From the NCBI GenBank assembly GCA_020137815.1, contig CM035357.1, positions 310,001-374,000 of the forward strand: DNA of 64,000 bases, given 5' to 3'. Made by a program: the position numbers and the translations under genes. Positions 56,101 through 64,000 of this stretch are shown here, piece by piece. Each line of letters opens with the position of its first letter. Within the stretch, counting starts at the first letter, position 1. The notes beneath the pieces are model-generated. The model was not told the DNA's origin. It saw only the letters and a program-made list of their open reading frames with translations, and did not search any database. This DNA comes from Hormiphora californensis (Eukaryota; Animalia; Ctenophora).

Positions 56101-58770
56101 CAATTGTGGGCTAGGGAGGGGACCAGGATAAATGGTGCAGACCCCCCCCATGTGTTTAGTGGGCTAGGGAGGGGACCATGGTAAATGGTGCGGACCCCCC
56201 CCCCCCCTGCAGTACCATTGCTACCCCCTCCCCCCGATATAACTAATAACATGTGTTTACTGTTTAGTTTGTAACAATTTAATGATCCAACTCCCCTCCC
56301 AGATCCATGGAAAGTATGATAACTCGTCAATGAGAACGCTTGCCAAGGTGATCAACACAGTGGCTCCCAGATTCTATATCCCCTCCAAATCGCTGGCACT
56401 GGACCCTGCTGATGTCGTGGGGAATGCCTCGGACAGGTGCGATATATTAATTATTAATTAGTAATAATTAATTTTAATTAATTCATTTCGCGGAAGTTAT
56501 CAGTTCATATTCAATATATTCAGTGTTGACAACTAGAAAGATAATATCCTGCATCTCTAGATCTCAGACAGTCTAATCAAGTAAAACCACAACTTTGGGT
56601 GTGATAATATCACCGATATATTGACATATTTCCGAGCAAGATTGATATATACATCGCGATATATCGATCGATATATAGACCCCGCCGGCTCAAATAGACG
56701 CACGGCGCGCTCAAACAATTTGCACTGGTCTATTGGGCCGTGCACTGCCGTGAGTTTGTGTCTCGATAGACGCACGCCCTCTGACAGATTTGTGTAAAGA
56801 TCACAAAGAATCACTGGAAACACGATAAAATGACACAAGAGGGAGTGTGTGTTCAACCTACAACGCTCTCTGTCTAGATTTGGCGCCCGCCAGTCTGTTG
56901 CAACTGTTGCTCATGACCCACAATTAACTGTAATCTCTCTCTGCATTCCACGCTTTGAAACTGTTACAACGATTGTTACGAGTGTGTAGGAATGTAGAGA
57001 GGCACTCTGTAGCTTCATTTCTAACTGTTTGACCCGTTTTGTGTGAGCTCTCTCTGTGTCAACCACCTAATTTGTGCTTGTTTTGCTTCTAGGTGCCCGC
57101 CAGCGGGGTCTATAGAACACAACTCCCTCCCTTACGTGCAGATATACCTGTAAACCCCTCGCTGACGCTCGGGATTTACAGGGCTGTAACGCACGGGTCC
57201 CTTCGGGACCCGTGCATTACAGCTCAATAGACGCACTGCTCTGCAGTGCGTCTATTGAATAGATGCCCGCGCGGGAGGGAGTTATGTACTATATAACATT
57301 CCACTCAGCCTGTTACGAACTGGCTCGGATTTCTTAGTTAAGGCTATAAGCATACTGATCGTGATGATCATAATCAGGTCAGTGTGCGGACGTTTTGATG
57401 GTCACCATCAAAGGAGCGCACACACTGATGGTTATCATCATGATGGAGGCTTGATGCATCATGATGTTCTCAAACCATAGTCTGTTCACGTTTGATCATC
57501 ATAAACCATAGTGTGCGCACGTTTGATCATCATTAACCATGCTCAACTTGCTGTAACTTGCCTGTTGATCATGATCATCATGACCAGTGTGCTCAGCATG
57601 ATGATGCTATCTCCCCCTTGCCTAGTCGCGCGCTCTGAGAGGCTGTTGCATATCATGTGACCTGTACAACAGCCTCTCAGTGCGCGCGAATTCGTACCAC
57701 GTGGTACATATCACATGACTACAGTGCAGCCCTCCATAAGAATAAGATCAGAACGTGCGCACACTAGGTGTTGATGATCATCATCCAACTTAAGAGACGG
57801 CTCCAGGGCCAGCTCTTACGTGATGATCATAATGTTCCGCACACTGCAGTTTTTTGCAGATGATGATGATCAAAACCATGAGCACACTTCATCTTTTTAA
57901 CTGATTATGATCATCACGATCAGTATGCTTATAGCCAGGAACCGACCGAATCAGGAAATACTGGCCCCTGATTGGCTGATAACCAGTCACGTGACCTAAA
58001 TAACGAGTTCTGATTGGTTGTTTACTTGTTTCGGTCGGTTCCTGTCTGGCGCCGCGACCCATCTGAGAATCAAATGGGGTATGGCGCCGCTCATACAGGT
58101 CGGTTCCTGCTTATAGCCTAAGGAGTAATTTTCAAAAATTTTCAAAAATATAGATCGAGATATATTGAGCTCCCAATCTCACATACGCTGTTGAATTGAG
58201 TAATTGGGGATTGAGCTCATAACAACACAAGACGCGTTTAATGAAACATGGGTACAAACTAATCCCCCTCCACTGATTTGAGTCCCCCTCCACACCCAGG
58301 AATTCGTATGTGAGTGATCCGTTGGTGTGGCACTATGGTACTCGGGCAGGCAGTGCTGTTGCAATGTTGGCAGCAATGAAGGAGGCAGAGGTGAAACTCC
58401 AGGATCTTTCTGTTAGGTGTTTTGTTCAACACGGCACTCACGATCTGGTAAGAGACATGTTTGGGGAGATTATATGTTTGGGGAGATGTGAAGTCCCACT
58501 TTCACTTTGAAAACCCTGGGGGCCAGCTGAACACCTCTAATTTTGTCCAGTTGAGTCATCATTCCCTGACCTTCTGATCTCCAAGTTTATAACATCCCCT
58601 CCTTTCACTAGGTGTGTGATCCTGCAGGAGTGTACCCATTTAGAGATATCCCAGAGACAGCCACCCTGAAACTTTATGAAGGAGCAAAACATGCCCTACT
58701 GATGGACGAGGCACCCATTAAAGAACTAGTTATAACAGACTGTATCGAGTTTTTGAAAAGTGTGAAATGA
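53177..58770 (+). CDS. MGLL: Monoacylglycerol lipase (Hydrolase_4 alpha/beta hydrolase)
   Basis: Exons 53177-53381, 54512-54720, 56303-56436, 58300-58447, 58612-58770 with matching phases; HGFGEH..RY, DHIGHGMSDG, GHSMGG, HGTHDLVC, YEGAKH give a complete Ser-Asp-His triad. Confidence 0.92.
54318..54409. mobile_element. Short palindromic repeat TTGGTGACA...TGTCACCAA; inverted copy at about 62835-62952, fragment near 62070-62112
   Basis: Direct sequence comparison. Confidence 0.75.
54732..54907 (+). repeat. Two intronic copies of the last 27 codons plus donor of MGLL exon 2
   Basis: 54732-54812 and 54827-54907 versus exon 54640-54720. Confidence 0.95.
55662..55726. mobile_element. 65-bp micro-MITE, 8-bp TSD TTGTTTAG
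   Basis: TIR CTGTCTGGCG/CGCCATACAG; exact TSD. Confidence 0.9.
56673..57113. mobile_element. Probable MITE with TATAGACCCCGC termini, abutting a second small inverted-repeat element (~57110-57293)
   Basis: TATAGACCCCGCCGGC ... GCCAGCGGGGTCTATA; AACTCCCTCCC ... GGGAGGGAGTT. Confidence 0.6.
57342..58118. mobile_element. PIF/Harbinger-like MITE (TAA TSD) carrying nested insertions at 57936-58109 and 58042-58098
   Basis: TAA|GGCTATAAGCATACTGATCGTGATGATCATAATCAG ... CTGATTATGATCATCACGATCAGTATGCTTATAGC[inserts]C|TAA. Confidence 0.88.
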
Positions 58771-59778
58771 GATATGGAAAGATTCCTTCTTTTTTTAATA
58801 GAAATATTTAAAGGCATGCATGTGAGAGCTAAGAAATGTAGGATATCAAAGATGGATATTTTCATTTAGTTCATTTTTTAGCTTTGTGAGACAGGGTTTT
58901 TTTAAAGCGATTTATGTTTTAGTTTAAACACCTGTGCGACCAAGAACGAAATAATTACTTTATATAAGAGCGAGAATGAAATACTGAGCCGAGGTTAGCC
59001 GTTTATGAAATTGAAAGTGAGAAAGAACACTGTTTCTAAGAATTCTAAAATTTTCGGCCCCTGTTCTCTTTCACTGTAAAGATGCATTGTTTTTGTGTTT
59101 TGAATCTTAGTTATATGATTAGTTATAAGATTTTATTAAGGTGTATTATTAGCTAAATGTTTGTTCTGGAGAGAGATTATAGATGTATATGTTTATTCAG
59201 TTCACCACCCGTAATTTGCGTGTTTCAATTTGATGCTTTCTGAGCAATGCAACTGTCTATGGCGGAAAATAGACGTACTGAACTACGCTGTCTGTCCTTC
59301 GCTCACACGGGGCCAATTCAGCTTTGCCCTGGACCGGTGTGACTGTGAGAGCGAACAGACTGGGATCTGGGCCCAGCTGGGTTTCCATGGGAATTCGTCA
59401 TCGTGCGCGCAACGCCGCAACATGTGTACAATGTACAATGTATTGGCGCGCGATGAACTGTATAGACAATTAGTTCCGCGCGTTCCAAACAAGTCGTGTG
59501 TGTGTAGCACAATTTGTGTGACAATATGTATTGCATTTTCTGTTCCCCATATGAAGATGGGAACATCCAAAGCACATAGATCGATTGAGTTACACTTTTT
59601 TGTATCCCTATTCGAGTATTCGACCTTCTACGAAGAGATTGTTTGTTTGTTTGTTTGTCACTAAACCATGGGATACGCTCCGGCTCAGCAAACCTCCATA
59701 TTGGGCACGTCGCGCCCTCTTTTTTCGCGCGCGATTTTTCGCGAAACCCTCACACCCTGCGGAGGGGCTGCTTCGCAG

Positions 59779-60476
59779 GGTAAGCGGTAAATGTTAACCA
59801 GATCTGAGAGAAAACGTACGTGCAAAGCCACGTTTTTGTCCATTTCTTGACCAATTTGCAAAATCTTGGGCGCGTTGGAAAGAGGACAGTGAGCTCTTTC
59901 AAATGAGCCCAATAAAACTAAAATCGGCGCAAAATGCACGGCGTCATGGCGCAAAATACGCGTTTTCGCCACCACGCCCCCCATAAAAAAGTCGCTTGGC
60001 AAATTCCCTCGTCGCTCGGCAATTGGTTCGGCAACAACAGGTGGTTTGCCGAGCCAGTCGCTCGGCTAATCAAGGAAGTCTCCGTGATTTCACCGCGTTC
60101 TTACAGAAAAAGCACATTTTTTCAGCACTTTGTATTTTTCAGCAGGAGATTTTGAAAAAAAGTGCTGAAAAAATGTACTTTTTCTGTAAGAACGCGGTGA
60201 AAACACGGCGACTTCCTTGATTAGCCGAGCGACTGGCTCGGCAAACCACCTGTTGTTGCCGAACCAATTGCCGAGCGACGAGGGAATTTGCCAAGCGACT
60301 TTTTTATGGGGGGCCGCGCAATTTGCGCCAATTTTCATTTTCTTGAGCTCATTTGAGAGATCTCAATGTCCTCTTTCCAATGAGCCAAAGATTTTGCAAA
60401 TTGGTCAAGAAATGGCTGAGTTATGGACAAAAACGTGCGAAATTCTCACAGATCTGGTTAACATTTACCGCTTACC
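59779..60476. mobile_element. 698-bp near-perfect palindromic MITE, 9-bp TSD (Mutator- or Merlin-like)
   Basis: GCTTCGCAG|GGTAAGCGGTAAATGTTAACCAGATCTG ... CAGATCTGGTTAACATTTACCGCTTACC|GCTTCGCAG. Confidence 0.92.
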
Positions 60477-63420
60477 GCTTCGCAGCCAAACCTCCATACC
60501 AACCCGGGTATGTGGTAACTATGGCGCTGAGTCCTTTTCTCTCCCCAGCTGGGAGAGAAAGAGACGCATGGTTTAAATTTCTGGAACATTTGAGAGGATC
60601 TTGGTCCGTTAGGTAACGTTTTGCCTTTGAGATTGTCTTGACTCTTGGTCGGGTAGGTAACATTTTGCCTTTGGAAGGGTCTTGGTCTTGAAAATAGGTC
60701 TACGAAGAGATAGAATAGAAGAAACACAGCAGGTACCTAGTATTAAGACGAACAAGTTATTGACAAGGTGTTCATCTTGTACTCAGTTTTACTTTTACGG
60801 TTTGATTTGTCACTCGAGACTTCGAGAGAAACGGGCTCGAAAGAAAATGGTACTCCTGAGATTGAGAAAAGGGGCAAGGTTTCCGAGAAACACAGCGTCG
60901 TGGGATCCGATCCATGACAAATTGTAGGCAAATTTCAAGTGCTGTTCCCTAAACTTATTTGGTCTACTATATAAGACTCTATAGTCCTCAATTCTCAAAG
61001 GGTTAAAGTCGGCCGATAAATGCCGAGCATATTTGTTGAGTATAATACTCAACAAGAGCATATATAAATTCAAAATGAGCCTCAATAGACAATCCATTTC
61101 AATTCTATCAATTCATTTCAGTTCTCTCAATTCATTGATGGTTCATTTTCTTTAGAAACACCTTATAAATTGTACGACATTCTCATTATAAAACTCAATC
61201 ACATTTTAGTTACCTAGGTAGTTTCATGGTCCGTTTTAGCGTGCCCTGATCCGCCCTATGCTTAGCCTGCCCTATAATTCGTAGAGTAGTAAAATCATTT
61301 ACTTCCCGTAGCACTATAACATATTAAACCATTTATCGAATATGATATGGGGCTGACAGTTAGAGAGTCTCCTGAGACTTATTATACTTAAAGAATGTTC
61401 TAAATGAAGTTGGGTGACTTCCCCGTGCGTATAACTCGTTGATTGGATATATCTGATAGTACACGTGGATCAATAGAATGATTAATTCAATGAAGATATT
61501 AGTGATAACCTCGCTGTCTTGTCATGGAGGACATTTCTAATGAACAGGGGTAAACTGGTATTATCTGGAATTGCATTAAATATTAATTGTACAGGGGTAA
61601 TATAGCTACTCCTGGACGTACCCCACTTAATTTTAAATGTCCTCTAGTATAGGGTCGTCCTCTATAATAATAGGGCCGGGGCCGTGTTTAAGTGGTACGT
61701 CTCTCTATCTGAATATATCCTCTAAATTATATGAGCTGTGTATAATGGATAACACGGATCCAACTGTACTCGATTATCTAAAAGTTATATGGAGGGCGAT
61801 CTATATCATCCTATATTTAGTTATATTGCTTTAGCGATTGGTATATCAATAAACCAATAACTTCAAGTGCTCAACAGTCAACTCATTCGAAGAAGCATCC
61901 ACTTAGTGGATATGCTTCTTCGAATGATTTGACTGTTGAGTATAACAGTTGTAAAACTGGTTACGATAGTAACCATTTACGATCGCTTGGAGGGGTAATT
62001 TTATTACCAAACTATCCAATAGTTGATCAGTTATTGAGTTTAAATGGATCTTTTGGTGACATCTGGCTCGACCCCCGCTCAATCTCGGTCGCGCCAGGTG
62101 TCTATGTCACCAACACCACCTTCATATATCGATGAATAAGGCCAAATTGGATTGTTCATACAAAGTGTCATCAGCTGCGACCGATCATAATGGCCAAATA
62201 GTTGGTCCATAAAAGTAATAATTAGTACAAAGAACTCAGTACATTTATTTGGCAGCAATCTATTAATACCCGCTGAGAGATTTATCAGTATTGTCTATCA
62301 TGTGTCCCACAATCTATATCATTTGATAATGTCTTATCTATATATCACTCCTCCGTGCTGCACTGCTTGTGTTCATGGGGCATCCACCAATAGGAGAGCT
62401 TCTACCCATATCTATAGTATTTACTGAGAGCTTCATCTGACCCATATTCTACTAGATATAATGGGATGGGATACAGCTAGATATTATCTAGTATATCTAT
62501 TAAACTGCTCTGTGCTGCTCCGTCACATCACACATATTATATCTAGTATATCTATAATATTGAACTGCTCTGTGCTGCTCCAGTGCTCCAATCTCCGTCA
62601 CATCACACTGCATGATGATCCTGTTGTCTTGGTGTCTTCACATGCCAGACAGGGCCAACACACCACTGGCTCATCGTCCCCTCCTGCTGTTGCCTGGGGG
62701 ATGATTGTTTTTTGTTAAACATAATGGGATAAGTATATGGTAGCTGGATGGAAATATCATATGCTACTAAATTCTAATTAAGTCTCTTCAGAATCAGCCT
62801 CATTTTAGACTAAAATTCAGGTGATGCAGACCACTTGGTGACATAGACACCGTGCGCGACCAAGATTGAGCTCACACACATATGATCGAGCTCGATCTCG
62901 GTCGCTGCGTGACCTCGATCTCGCACGCACTTATAGGTGTCAATGTCACCAAGCAGACCACTAGGAAGGTTTTTAAGAAAACTCTGAGAAAAGTACCTCT
63001 GAAGTATAACTCTCGTTTTTCCAAATGTAAATCACACAATTCAGAGAGACCCCAACAAAACAAGAAACCCCTAATTTGTTTAATTTCTCAATAACGAGAA
63101 AGCTTCTTATTTTGTGGATTGCTTAGGTTGTGGTTTCTTAGAAAAACGCTTCTCATTTAAAAGGTTCTTGAGGTATGGGAGCTTCATTCTTGACTATATT
63201 AATTAATGATAGTGGTTAAGTACAGCCTAGCCCTAGACACTACTCGGAAATAACCCGTACTTTTTTGTAAGTTACTCAACCATCTACAGTGAATTCACTG
63301 TATTGACGAACTTTTCTGAAATTCTCAGTAGATAAAATGAAGAGAGAAATTTGTTTTCTACTGACGAATATTTTTTCTACTGACAAACTTTTCTGCACTT
63401 TAATATAGTCTGGTCTAGAC

Positions 63421-63443
63421 CTGTCAGGCCGATGCTCTGACAG
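63421..63443. mobile_element. 23-bp hairpin element with 8-bp TSD GTCTAGAC
   Basis: GTCTAGAC|CTGTCAGGCCGATGCTCTGACAG|GTCTAGAC. Confidence 0.7.
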
Positions 63444-64000
63444 GTCTAGACCTTTTTAGGGAAAGCCAAGGCATAACCAGTTCAAATATGTACAGCTATA
63501 GACCAACCCTTCAAGAAAAATTGCAATATTTTTCAATATAGGAAGTCAGATAGACACGTAGCTAGCTGCTTTAGAATTTCATATTGTCAGATAGATATTT
63601 AGGTAGACAGTAAAGTAAATAATCAGAGTGCTAGACAGACAGATGGTGCAATTTTCTATCAAGAACCGCTCTTCCTCATTTAAAGAGAAACAACGATTTT
63701 GCAGTACTAATATTCAATTAAGAACAGGAGCTTTCGACTGATCTATGTCAGACGTCTTCAGCTATAACAACAATGAAAATGAAAGTGTTTATGTAGTGGA
63801 GAAGAGGATATGGGATCCGGGGAGGGGAGGAGAGAGGAAGGGATGAGATCCGAGAAGGAAGATGCGATCCGAGAGGAGGGGATGGGGGAGGTGATCCACG
63901 GGAAGGGAGAAGAGGTGATCCGAGCTGAAGAGAATTAGGAAACAGGTTTGGGAGATCTAGGTTTGATGGAGATGCCAGCAGGACGGGGTTTGAAGGAGTT

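Noticed and set aside
59585-60616. Several 70-120-aa ORFs, mirrored on both strands
   Set aside because: They arise from the palindromic MITE; no transposase motifs.

Overview
Intron-rich, repeat-rich eukaryotic DNA. It is most likely a ctenophore (Pleurobrachia-like); this rests on my recall of its MITE families, not on a search. Genes rebuilt by hand from GT-AG boundaries and phase matching: three tandem tiny Pro/Gly-rich ORFs ending in CaaX boxes (166-2043); a NIT-domain membrane guanylyl cyclase with a degenerate active site (minus, 2542-8188); a ferroportin-like MFS transporter (10346-13804); an SLC38A11-like amino-acid transporter with an N-terminal tail built from symmetric small exons (15942-29046); an intact two-ORF LINE (minus, ~30105-35938); intronless OXA1-like and SON-like genes only 188 bp apart; DCP1 (42106-45308); and monoacylglycerol lipase (53177-58770). 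Many MITEs have readable TIRs and TSDs, including nested stacks and a 23-bp TSD-flanked element. The most striking signals are (1) intronic or 3' tandem 'echo' copies of exon edges that differ from the real exon almost only at synonymous sites, seen in three genes, and (2) the cluster of spliced CaaX micropeptides. Exon coordinates were read by eye and may be off by a few bases.
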